Shown: positions 26,959-34,951 of the stretch, in pieces | Layout of the letters: each line of letters starts with the position of its first letter | How positions within the stretch are numbered: position 1 is the stretch's first letter | Assembly (NCBI GenBank): GCA_965662115.1 | Contig: CBFIGH010000013.1 | Coordinates: forward strand, 11,914-75,913 | Direction of reading: 5' to 3' | Length of the DNA stretch: 64,000 nt | DNA from: Cyanobium sp. | GTDB lineage: Bacteria; Cyanobacteriota; Cyanobacteriia; PCC-6307; Cyanobiaceae | Notes under the pieces: generated by a model | What the model was told of the DNA's origin: nothing | The model's input: the letters and a program-made list of their open reading frames with translations, nothing else | Databases searched by the model: none | Made by a program: the position numbers and the translations under genes

Positions 26959-28041
26959 TCAGCGCACGGCCGCCTGGAACTGCTCGCTGCGGATCGGTGC
27001 CATCAGATAGAGCTTGGCCATTTCGGTTCCGTTGGCAATCCAGAAGGGCAGCTTGCGCAGCACCTTCAGCGCGGCAGGCGCGGAACTGGCATCGACGGCG
27101 CTGAGTTGGGCGTTGTTGCTGACCAGGCGCTCCAGCCGCACGTAGAACTTGGGGTGGTCGACGTTGAGCACCACGGGGAAGACCCGGGCCGAAGTCTCGT
27201 TGGTTTTGGCGATCACAACCTTGTCGTAGTCGCGGGCATCGAGGCCAAGGGCTTCGTAGAACTCCTTGCGAGCCACGTCGCGCACATACATGGTGGCGAA
27301 GACCGCCAACAGGAAAAAGCGACACCAGAGGCGAGCGGTCAGGCCCCGCACCGTGTCGGGTTGGGCTTTCATCAAGGCGTCAAAGAAGTCGCCGTGGCGG
27401 TTTTCGTCTTGACACCAATTTTCAAAGAAGTTGAAGATCGGGAAAATCTTGCTTTCGGGGTGCTGCTCCAAGTGGCGATAGATGGCGATGTAGCGCCAAT
27501 AGCCGATCTTCTCGCTCAGGTAGGTGGCATAAAAGATGAACTTGGGTTTGAAGAAGGTGTAGGCCTTGTTGGCGGTTAGGAAGCCAAGATCGAGCTGGAG
27601 ACCAAAATCGCCCATCGCCTTGTTCAGGAAACCAGCATGGCGGGCCTCATCCCTGGCCATGTGGGCAAAGCATTCAGCCAGCAGGGGGTTTTTGGTTTTG
27701 ATCCGCCGACTCAGTTCTTTGTAGAGCAGAAAACCAGAAAACTCCGAGGTGCAGCTTTGTTCAAGGAACTCAACAAAAACCTGGCGTGTTTTGGGATCGA
27801 GTTTGTCTGCCGCCCCCTCGAATTCCCCATTGCGCACGAAGTGGTGACGGTTGTAATCCTTGCGGAACTCCTCGCAGATCGCTTCGAGCTCCAACGCGTT
27901 GGGCCGCAGATCCATCGCCGCCATGGCGTCGAAATCCGTGGTGTAGAACCGGGGGGTCAGGATGGTATCCCTGGCCGGATCCTTGATCGCCGGACCGTCC
28001 GGGGTGGCTGTTGGGGTAGCAATCGCGGTGGGAGGCACCAT
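26959..28041 (-). CDS. acsF: Mg-protoporphyrin IX monomethyl ester oxidative cyclase (aerobic)
   Basis: [45 protein letters not shown] diiron motifs. Confidence 0.95.
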   Translation of the reverse strand: MVPPTAIATPTATPDGPAIKDPARDTILTPRFYTTDFDAMAAMDLRPNALELEAICEEFRKDYNRHHFVRNGEFEGAADKLDPKTRQVFVEFLEQSCTSEFSGFLLYKELSRRIKTKNPLLAECFAHMARDEARHAGFLNKAMGDFGLQLDLGFLTANKAYTFFKPKFIFYATYLSEKIGYWRYIAIYRHLEQHPESKIFPIFNFFENWCQDENRHGDFFDALMKAQPDTVRGLTARLWCRFFLLAVFATMYVRDVARKEFYEALGLDARDYDKVVIAKTNETSARVFPVVLNVDHPKFYVRLERLVSNNAQLSAVDASSAPAALKVLRKLPFWIANGTEMAKLYLMAPIRSEQFQAAVR

Positions 28042-28089
28042 CTGGCGTTGCGGCTTACGGCAGTTCCTGCATGGTAGGCGCCGCGGTCG

Positions 28090-28554
28090 TCAGTTCGGGC
28101 CAAGCCATTTCTGACCGTTGAGACGCTGCACCAGCCGAGACACCAACAGCGCCAGGGTGATCTTCTTCTCGTCAATCAAAAAGGATTCCAGCAGGCTCGG
28201 TTCACTGCCCGCCTCGGCCACAGCCACCGTTTTGGCGCCATTGATGTTGGCAGCCGTAAAGCAGAGCCAGAACCGCCGCTGGCCGGGCAGCTGACCCCTG
28301 ACCATCCAGCAGTCGGAGCCGACCACCGGCATCGGCCCCTGTTCGAAAGCCAGTTCAGGCGCCGCCCCGCCATAGCCCTGGATTTCCGCCGCCAGGGCGG
28401 GCATCAGCAGCTGGGGGATGAAGCTGTCGAAGGGTTGGTCTTCCGGGCTCGGTGGCTTGGCCTTGGCCTTGGCGGCGGCGGCAGGCCGGGTTTCGCCATT
28501 GGTGGCAGGTCGGGCGGATTCGCTCACCGGTGCAGGCCCCTTGCGGCATCTCAA
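28090..28554 (-). CDS. conserved cyanobacterial hypothetical protein (154 aa; start uncertain)
   Basis: Coherent ORF between acsF and the next minus-strand gene. FIPQLLMPALAAEI...WLCFTAANINGAKT. No catalytic motif recognised. Confidence 0.5.
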   Translation of the reverse strand: MRCRKGPAPVSESARPATNGETRPAAAAKAKAKPPSPEDQPFDSFIPQLLMPALAAEIQGYGGAAPELAFEQGPMPVVGSDCWMVRGQLPGQRRFWLCFTAANINGAKTVAVAEAGSEPSLLESFLIDEKKITLALLVSRLVQRLNGQKWLGPN

Positions 28555-28593
28555 CCAACCTTACGCAGGTCGGTCACGCTCTGCAGCCCCTGC

Positions 28594-29097
28594 TCACCAG
28601 TCGTCGTTGCCGCCGGCATCCCAGCCATCGCTGCCGGCTGGGGCCTGGGCCCTGGTCGCGTCTGGCGTGGCGCTGGTCGTGGCAGTGCCCGTGGCAGTGG
28701 TCGTGGCGGTGGCGTGTCCCTTGCGGATCACCCGAAACGGCACGGCCACGGTGGGCGCCGGTTCCCCGGGCGGACGGGGCGGGCCGGCGGGTGGCGCGGT
28801 GTCCGGAATCGGTGGCCTTGCCCTGGTCTGGGCCTGGGCGGGGCCGCTTTCGGGTCGGCGGCGGGATCCGGTCCCTGTCCCTGTGCCGCTGCGCAGGGAC
28901 AGGCCGGTTGCAGTGGCGCTCAGAGCTGCCCCAGCGCCGCCGGCTAAGGCGATCCAGACCCCGATCGGCAGGGGCGGGGAGGTCCAGATCAGCAGACGCA
29001 GCGAGAGGCTGGGCCTGGGGTTGAGGGCGCCCACCAGCAGCACCAGCAGCAGCGGGGCCAGCAGGGGGAGCAGCAGCAGGCGTTGCAGCAGGTCCAA
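28594..29097 (-). CDS. membrane protein with low-complexity Pro/Thr/Gly-rich tail (167 aa)
   Basis: Two N-terminal hydrophobic helices (LLLLPLLAPLLLVLLVGAL, PIGVWIALAGGAGAAL), then GTGTGTG and TATTTATGTATT tracts. Competing frames look like GC artefacts. Confidence 0.45.
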   Translation of the reverse strand: MDLLQRLLLLPLLAPLLLVLLVGALNPRPSLSLRLLIWTSPPLPIGVWIALAGGAGAALSATATGLSLRSGTGTGTGSRRRPESGPAQAQTRARPPIPDTAPPAGPPRPPGEPAPTVAVPFRVIRKGHATATTTATGTATTSATPDATRAQAPAGSDGWDAGGNDDW

Positions 29098-29112
29098 CGG
29101 ACGGGAACCGTT

Positions 29113-29769
29113 TCAGGCGGACGGAGGATCCTGGGATCCTGGCTGCCCGGGCGCCCCCTGCCAACGGCGCAGGCTGCCCAGCTCGAAGCCCAGGACGTCA
29201 AAGACGCGGATCACCAGGAAATCAACCATGTCCTCAATGGTTTGGGGCTGGTGATACCAGGCCGGCACCGGTGGGGCAATGCGGGCTCCAGCCTCGGCCA
29301 GGGCGGTGAGATTGCGTAGGTGAATCAGATTCCAGGGGGTTTCCCGAGGGCAGATCACCAGGGGTCTGCCTTCCTTGAGATGCACATCGGCGGCTCGCTC
29401 GACCAGATCCAGGGCAACCCCCGCAGCGATTCGCCCCACGGTGCCCATCGAGGCCGGCAGGATCACCATGCCCCGGGTGCGATAGCTGCCACTGGCGATC
29501 CCGGCGGCCTGGTCATTCCAGCGATGGCAGCGCAGCTGGCCCGTGGTGGTGCCGGTGCGCTCTCTCCAGAAGCGCTCCTGGGCTGCGGGCTCCGATGGCA
29601 CCCGCAGGCCCAGCTCCGCTTGCCACACGCCGATGGCCCCACGGGAGGTGACCAGCTCCACCGTTTCGCCGGCCTCGAGCAGCAGTTGCAGGGCTCGCTG
29701 GGCCAGGGGCTGGGCGGAGGCGCCCGATACTGCCAGCACCACCGGAGCACTGCCGGCTGGGGCTTCCAC
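29113..29769 (-). CDS. ubiX: flavin prenyltransferase UbiX
   Basis: VLAVSGASAQPLA, MVILPASMGTVGRIAAG, RPLVICPRETPWN, PAWYHQPQT. Confidence 0.9.
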   Translation of the reverse strand: MEAPAGSAPVVLAVSGASAQPLAQRALQLLLEAGETVELVTSRGAIGVWQAELGLRVPSEPAAQERFWRERTGTTTGQLRCHRWNDQAAGIASGSYRTRGMVILPASMGTVGRIAAGVALDLVERAADVHLKEGRPLVICPRETPWNLIHLRNLTALAEAGARIAPPVPAWYHQPQTIEDMVDFLVIRVFDVLGFELGSLRRWQGAPGQPGSQDPPSA

Positions 29770-29771
29770 GC

Positions 29772-32096
29772 TCAGGCCTCGCCCAGCACTGCAATGGGTG
29801 TAAACGGATCGGTGGGTGTAAACGGATCGGTGTCCTCGTGGGAGGCTGCGTCGTCAAGCTCCTCACCGTCTGGCAGCACGACGGCCAGATCAATCTGATG
29901 GCGCAGCACATCGACCTTCTGGATTTCCACGTCCACCTGATCGCCCAGCATGTAGGTCCGGCGGTTCTTGCGTCCCACCAGTCGGTTTTGACGTGATCGG
30001 TATTCGTACCAATCGTCCTTGAGCGAGCTGACGTGCACCAGGCCCTCCACCTGGGAAGGAGGCACTTCCACGAAGAAGCCGTAGCTCTGCACGCCGCTGA
30101 TCACCCCGGGAAGCACCTGCCCCACCAGCGGTTCTGCCTGACGTGCCTGCAGCATGGCCAGGAGGTCAGCCTGGAGCTCACTCAGGAAGCGCCGCCGGCC
30201 GACCAACCGTTGCACCAGACCCTGGTCCAGGGCCTTTTGGTAGGGGCTCAGCTGGCTTGGGGCCAACAGGGGCCAATCGATCGTGCCCAGACAGGCATCA
30301 GAGGCCAGATCCACGCTCGTCTTGTGACGCACGCTGGGCCGATCCTTGCCTTCGGTCAGCAGCAGCACCAGTTGCTGCTGGTTCCAAAGATCGGCGTAGT
30401 GGAGTGTCGGGCAGCACCAGGGAGCCATGGCGGCCCCTTCCTCGATCAACCCCGTCAACGCGTGGGGCCCAGGCCTGTCACTGAGCAGCATGGGTTTGAG
30501 GATGGCCTTGAGTTGTTGTTGCAGGGCCCGACTGCGGTCGGTGCCGGCAAAGGCCATGGCCAGTTCTGCGGCGCTGGCATTGCCTTCCTCCCCCAATTCG
30601 AGCGGGAGGTCGAGGGCCAGGGCGGCGCGGGCCACGTCGTTGAGATCACTGTCCTCGGCACTGGCGTTGGTGGTGAAAATCGCCGGCAGGCCGAGTCCAG
30701 CCAGATGCTGGCCAAGGGCCCGTTCGGCCAGAAGCACGGCTTCGCGCAGCACGGCAAGGGGTTGGTGATCCTCCAGCGTGACCAGCCAGCCCTCCAGGGG
30801 CTGGTCTGGACCCGGCACGGCCAGATCCCCCAGGCTGTCAATGGCGGGTTGGGGCAAGTTGAGGTCCAGGGAGCCGTTGGCCTGGCGCTGTTGGCGCAGC
30901 AGGCCGGTCAGGCTGATCAGTTGTTCGAGGCAGGGCAGCTGATCCTTGAGGCCCTTGAGGGCTGCGGGCAGGGTGCGGCTCTTGGGTTTGCGTTCGGCCA
31001 GGGCGCTGAGGGCGTCTGGCCCTGCGCTGGCCACCGGCTTGATCAGGCTGCGGCTGAAGCGGTAGTGCTCGAGCTGGCCTTGGGGGTTGAGCTCCAGGGC
31101 CACCGACAGGGCTGCCTGGGTCTCGCCCACCTTGAAGGCGCTGGCCTTGACCAGGGCTGAACTGAGCAGGGGCAACCACTGGTGCCCGACGCAGAGGGCA
31201 TCGGCCTGGTCCCGTAGCCAGAGGTCTAGGGCGCCGCCTGGCGTGTAGCGCTCGCTGATCGCCGGGGTGTGGAGCCAGAGGGTCCAGCCCCCGTCCCGTT
31301 GCTCCAGGCCCAAGGCCGGCAACCCGGGAGCCTCCTTGCCATGCCAGGGTTCCAGCAGCAGGGTCGCCTGGCCGGTGAGGTCGGTGCGGTCCTTGCTCGC
31401 CAGGGCTTTGAGGGTGGCCCGGGGAGACGGGGCCCTGCTGTGCAGCCGGTGTTTGGTCAGCAGCAGGTCGAGATCGGCGGCCTCACCGCCATTCACCAGC
31501 AGGCTGCGGGCCACATGGCCCTGGGGGCCGAACTGGCCCACCGGGTAGCGATCCACCAGAACCTCGACCACCGAGGTTTGTTCGCCTTCGAGATGGCAGG
31601 CATCGCTGGCGGGCAGTTCGACGGCGGTCAGCAGCCGGTCGTCAAGCGGTGTGGCCACCAACCGATCCTCCAGCTGCTCCACTTGGGCCAGCAGGGATGG
31701 GGTGTGACGTTCCAAAATGCACTGCACCCCCCCCTCGGGAGAGCGGCGGCGCCCCCCTTCTCTGGTCACCTTCACCAGGACCCGATCCCCATTCCAGGCG
31801 TGATTGAGTTGGTGGTCACGGATGTAAATGTCTTCGCCGCCGTCTTCCCGCAGGGCGAAGCAGAAGCCCTTGCTGCTGCAGCGCAGCCGGGCCGCAATCA
31901 GTTCGGGATCAACAAGCCTGGCCACGCCAGCCTCCTGCACCGTGATCAGGCCAAGCTTGCTGAGGCCCTCCAGGCCGATCTGCAGGTGCAGCTTCTCGGC
32001 CTTTTGGCTGAGCCCCAGGGCTTTTTCCAGCTTTGCCAGTGGCAGGGCTTCATCGGCTGGAAGTTGGTCGAGCAGGTCGGCGACCGTGAACTTCAT
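29772..32096 (-). CDS. RNase II/R-family protein with C-terminal S1 domain; catalytic motifs degenerate
   Basis: Cold-shock-like GFCFALREDGGEDIYI; RNB-like core (WLHTPAISERY, ALSVALELNPQG); S1 domain GVISGVQSYGFFVEV...GLVHVSSL. The DxxDxDD and RRYxDxxxHR equivalents are replaced (see findings). Confidence 0.8.
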   Translation of the reverse strand: MKFTVADLLDQLPADEALPLAKLEKALGLSQKAEKLHLQIGLEGLSKLGLITVQEAGVARLVDPELIAARLRCSSKGFCFALREDGGEDIYIRDHQLNHAWNGDRVLVKVTREGGRRRSPEGGVQCILERHTPSLLAQVEQLEDRLVATPLDDRLLTAVELPASDACHLEGEQTSVVEVLVDRYPVGQFGPQGHVARSLLVNGGEAADLDLLLTKHRLHSRAPSPRATLKALASKDRTDLTGQATLLLEPWHGKEAPGLPALGLEQRDGGWTLWLHTPAISERYTPGGALDLWLRDQADALCVGHQWLPLLSSALVKASAFKVGETQAALSVALELNPQGQLEHYRFSRSLIKPVASAGPDALSALAERKPKSRTLPAALKGLKDQLPCLEQLISLTGLLRQQRQANGSLDLNLPQPAIDSLGDLAVPGPDQPLEGWLVTLEDHQPLAVLREAVLLAERALGQHLAGLGLPAIFTTNASAEDSDLNDVARAALALDLPLELGEEGNASAAELAMAFAGTDRSRALQQQLKAILKPMLLSDRPGPHALTGLIEEGAAMAPWCCPTLHYADLWNQQQLVLLLTEGKDRPSVRHKTSVDLASDACLGTIDWPLLAPSQLSPYQKALDQGLVQRLVGRRRFLSELQADLLAMLQARQAEPLVGQVLPGVISGVQSYGFFVEVPPSQVEGLVHVSSLKDDWYEYRSRQNRLVGRKNRRTYMLGDQVDVEIQKVDVLRHQIDLAVVLPDGEELDDAASHEDTDPFTPTDPFTPIAVLGEA
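29796..29831. repeat. 18-bp perfect tandem duplication inside the RNase II/R-like gene
   Basis: gggtgtaaacggatcggt x2. Encodes TDPFTP-TDPFTP near the C-terminus. Confidence 0.9.
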
Positions 32097-32230
32097 GGGT
32101 GAGAGGGTTGGTTGGGAAGACCCACCTCAGCAATCCTCCAGCAATGGGCTGTGCTGGATCGGGGTGGTAGGTCGGGCTGGTTGAAGGTGGGCTGGGCTCG
32201 AAGCGATGCCCACAACCACCAATTTGAATT

Positions 32231-32533
32231 CTAGTCGGCGGGCTGGCCGTCACCCTCTGGTGTTCCAGAACGCTGGATCAGGCGCACCCCAATCACCAGA
32301 AAGCCGAGGGAGGCGGCCAGTTGCAAGGCATTGGTGGGGATCACCGCAGAGAGGGAGCCACCCGCCGCTGCACCGAGCAGGCTGGCCAGCACCAGGGCCG
32401 CTGAACTCCCGGCAAACACTGCCCCTGGGCGGCTGGAGGTGCCGCTGATGCTCACAATGGCCAGTTGGGTCTTATCGCCCAGCTCGGCCAGGAAGACGGT
32501 GGCAAAGGTGGAGGCAAGCAGGGCGAGGGGCAT
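32231..32533 (-). CDS. UPF0016 (GDT1/TMEM165) family half-size membrane protein
   Basis: FLAELGDKTQLA motif (E-x-G-D-K-T); three helices. Confidence 0.8.
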   Translation of the reverse strand: MPLALLASTFATVFLAELGDKTQLAIVSISGTSSRPGAVFAGSSAALVLASLLGAAAGGSLSAVIPTNALQLAASLGFLVIGVRLIQRSGTPEGDGQPAD

Positions 32534-32546
32534 GGCTTCAACCTGA

Positions 32547-32927
32547 TCAGCTGAGGGGCAGGTCTGGGGAGGCTGGCACCAGACCCAGCACGGCCTGACG
32601 GCCCAGCCAGAGGCCTAGGGCCACCATCAGGATGCCGCCCAGGCGCTCCAGTTGCTGGGGGGGCATCAAGCGGGCCAGCCAGCGTCCCAGCAGCACACCC
32701 ACCAAGCTGGAACTGATCAGGGCCAGGGAGGCGCCGATGAAGACCACCACGGGACGACCCGATTGGGCCGACAACAGCAGGGCCGCCAACTGGGTTTTGT
32801 CGCCGAGCTCGGCCAGAAAGACCGTGGTGAAGGTGGTCAGAAAGGCTGCGCCCCAGCTGCCTGCATGGCTGGCGGGCGGGGTTGCGGCGTCCGGCCCGGG
32901 ATTCTGCTCGGGTTCGCTGCTCATCAA
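32547..32927 (-). CDS. UPF0016 (GDT1/TMEM165) family half-size membrane protein
   Basis: FLAELGDKTQLAA motif; paired with the adjacent half-size paralogue. Confidence 0.8.
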   Translation of the reverse strand: MMSSEPEQNPGPDAATPPASHAGSWGAAFLTTFTTVFLAELGDKTQLAALLLSAQSGRPVVVFIGASLALISSSLVGVLLGRWLARLMPPQQLERLGGILMVALGLWLGRQAVLGLVPASPDLPLS

Positions 32928-33304
32928 CGGGTTCGAATGGCGCGGAGGAAGCGAGCCATCACCCTGCCACGGCCGCCGTATTCACTGCGGATCTGCTGTT
33001 TGCAGCAGTCGATGGCCAGCCTGTCGCCGGCGCCGGGATCCTCGGCCGAGCCGAACAGCTCGATCAGATGGGCAACGTTGCAGAAGTCGGGCCGATCGGC
33101 GTAGATGCGGCAGTTGCGGGCTCCGGTGTTGAAGTGAATGCACCAGCCATCTGCCCCCACCATCGCCAGGTAGTGCTCCTGTTGGCTGGGGCTGAGTGCC
33201 GCGATGGCTTCCTGCCGCAGGCTCGGATCGAGTCGGCAGCAGGCTCCACAGCCGCGAATGCAACTCCAGCAGCCATCCCCGTCACGACCCATCGGCCTGG
33301 CCAA
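32924..33304 (-). CDS. YkgJ-family cysteine-cluster protein
   Basis: CWSCIRGCGACC N-terminal Cys cluster and later CRIYADRPDFC. ATGA overlap with the downstream UPF0016 gene. Confidence 0.7.
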   Translation of the reverse strand: MARPMGRDGDGCWSCIRGCGACCRLDPSLRQEAIAALSPSQQEHYLAMVGADGWCIHFNTGARNCRIYADRPDFCNVAHLIELFGSAEDPGAGDRLAIDCCKQQIRSEYGGRGRVMARFLRAIRTR

Positions 33305-33358
33305 CGCCTTCCATTGCTCATCCCATTGCTACAGCTTTCGTCAGCCCGTGAGGCCCTG

Positions 33359-33377
33359 CTGTGACAAGCCATCACAG
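33359..33377. promoter_or_regulatory. palindrome CTGTGA-N7-TCACAG in the divergent ykgJ-like / psb30 intergenic region
   Basis: Read directly. Resembles CRP-family half sites TGTGA/TCACA, but the spacer is 7 rather than 6. Confidence 0.25.
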
Positions 33378-33454
33378 AGAGCCTGCTCGGCCCTCAGGGC
33401 GTTGCATCCGCCATTAGCCTCTGCCCAAGTGACTTGAATCCAAGCGGGGACTCC

Positions 33455-33562
33455 ATGGGCATCGACTTTCACCTGATTGCCAATTTTGCTGCCCTGGCCC
33501 TGATCACCCTGGCTGGCCCAGCTGTGATTTTCGTCCTCTTTTACCGCCGCGGCGCCCTCTGA
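33455..33562 (+). CDS. psb30: photosystem II reaction-centre protein Psb30 (Ycf12)
   Basis: Too short for the ORF track. My translation is [35 protein letters not shown]: a single helix with the AGPxxIFxLxxRRGxL ending characteristic of Ycf12. Confidence 0.75.
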   Translation: MGIDFHLIANFAALALITLAGPAVIFVLFYRRGAL

Positions 33563-33570
33563 GCTTTTCT

Positions 33571-33594
33571 GTGTCAGTTGGTGGTGTCAGTTGG
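33571..33594. repeat. 12-bp tandem repeat (gtgtcagttggt / gtgtcagttggc)
   Basis: Read directly, between the convergent psb30 and ClC gene ends. Confidence 0.85.
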
Positions 33595-33607
33595 CGGCCG
33601 ATGTCCA

Positions 33608-34951
33608 TCATTGGAACCTGGCCTCCAGCTGCTCCCCATTGCGCCCCAGCTTCCAGAGGGCGTGGTAGATCGGCTCAGGTTGGATCTTGCGTCCAACAGC
33701 CGCGCCAATCACCCCGCTGAGCAGCAGACCGAAGAGCCACTGTTGGTCGCCGGCCATGCGCAGGGCAAACAGCACCGTCATCAACGGGAGCTGGGTGGCA
33801 CCGGCCAAACTCGAGGCGATTCCCAGGGCCAGGCCCAATTGGGCATCCCCTCCCAGGATTTCCAGGCTGCCACTGCCGAACAGGGCGCCGATTGCAAAGG
33901 CCGGGTCAATCAAGCCGCCGGGAATCCCAGCCGCCAGGGCCAGCACCGGTGCCCCGATCCGGGCGACCAGCAGCAGCAGCCAGCCAACCAAGCTGATCGG
34001 AGAGCCTGGAACGGGCAAGCTTCCCTGGCCATCAAGCAGCTGGACCATCAGTGCTTCGCCATCGCCACCACTCCAGCCACCGCTGGCCACGGCGATCAGG
34101 CCAAGGGCCAGGCCAAGCCCGAGCCCCCAGGCCAGGGGCCTGCGACGCACCCGCTGGCGCAGCAGTGCCGTGGACTGCAGCAGAATTCGGCTGAATAGGC
34201 CCCCGAGCAGCCCCCCGCCGACCCCGAGAGGCAGGGCCCAGAGCAGTTGCTGCCATTCAGGTTTGAGGGTTTGGACCAGCCCGAGGGTGAACAGGGGGAT
34301 CCCGTCGAGATTGCTCACCAGGGCAGCGGCGCTGCACACCACAGCCGCAGGCCAGAGCACCGACGTTTGGAAACGGCCGGTGAGCTCCTCGAACACAAAC
34401 ACCGTGCCCATCAGGGGGCTGTTAAAGCCCCCAGCTAGGCCGGCTCCCGCGCCGATCGCCATCAGGGACTGGGCGCTGATCCCTGCCAGCAGGCGGGGAA
34501 AGCGCTGGCGCAGGGCGTGGGCGACGGCCGCTCCCACCTGCACGACAGGGCCCTCCCGGCCCAGGGGCAGCAAGGCCAGGCTCGCCACACTCCAGAGGGC
34601 CAGCCGGGCCACCGTTGCAAACGGGGCCATCATCCGGGCGGCCTGCCCGGGATTGTCGAGGCTTTCAATCGTCTGGGGAATGCCCGAGCCGGCTCCGCGC
34701 GCCAACCGCCCCGCCTGGAGCATCAGCAGCAGGGGCATGACCCCAATCGGTGCCAGGGCGATGGCCAGGCTGCTCAGTTGCCAGCTTTGATTGTTGAATC
34801 CCGGCAGCTGGTGGAGCAGCAGGTCCTGGCCATGGTCGACCAGGTTGAGGGGCCAACAGGCCAGGCCCACCAGGAGGCCCAGCAGAAGCAGCCCCAGCAG
34901 GGTGCGCAGTTGGGATCGTTGCAGGGGAAAGGAGATCGGTTTGGCGCTCAT
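33608..34951 (-). CDS. ClC-family voltage-gated chloride channel/antiporter
   Basis: GSGIPQ, GREGPVVQVGA, and a GxxxP-type motif (GIPGGLIDPAFAIGA). Confidence 0.9.
   Translation of the reverse strand: MSAKPISFPLQRSQLRTLLGLLLLGLLVGLACWPLNLVDHGQDLLLHQLPGFNNQSWQLSSLAIALAPIGVMPLLLMLQAGRLARGAGSGIPQTIESLDNPGQAARMMAPFATVARLALWSVASLALLPLGREGPVVQVGAAVAHALRQRFPRLLAGISAQSLMAIGAGAGLAGGFNSPLMGTVFVFEELTGRFQTSVLWPAAVVCSAAALVSNLDGIPLFTLGLVQTLKPEWQQLLWALPLGVGGGLLGGLFSRILLQSTALLRQRVRRRPLAWGLGLGLALGLIAVASGGWSGGDGEALMVQLLDGQGSLPVPGSPISLVGWLLLLVARIGAPVLALAAGIPGGLIDPAFAIGALFGSGSLEILGGDAQLGLALGIASSLAGATQLPLMTVLFALRMAGDQQWLFGLLLSGVIGAAVGRKIQPEPIYHALWKLGRNGEQLEARFQ

Noticed and set aside
28418-29254. Plus-strand ORFs of 170-278 aa, plus a minus-strand 196-aa ORF in another frame
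   Set aside because: They overlap the better-supported minus-strand genes (28090-28554 and 28594-29097). Their translations are Arg/Gly/Pro-rich junk.
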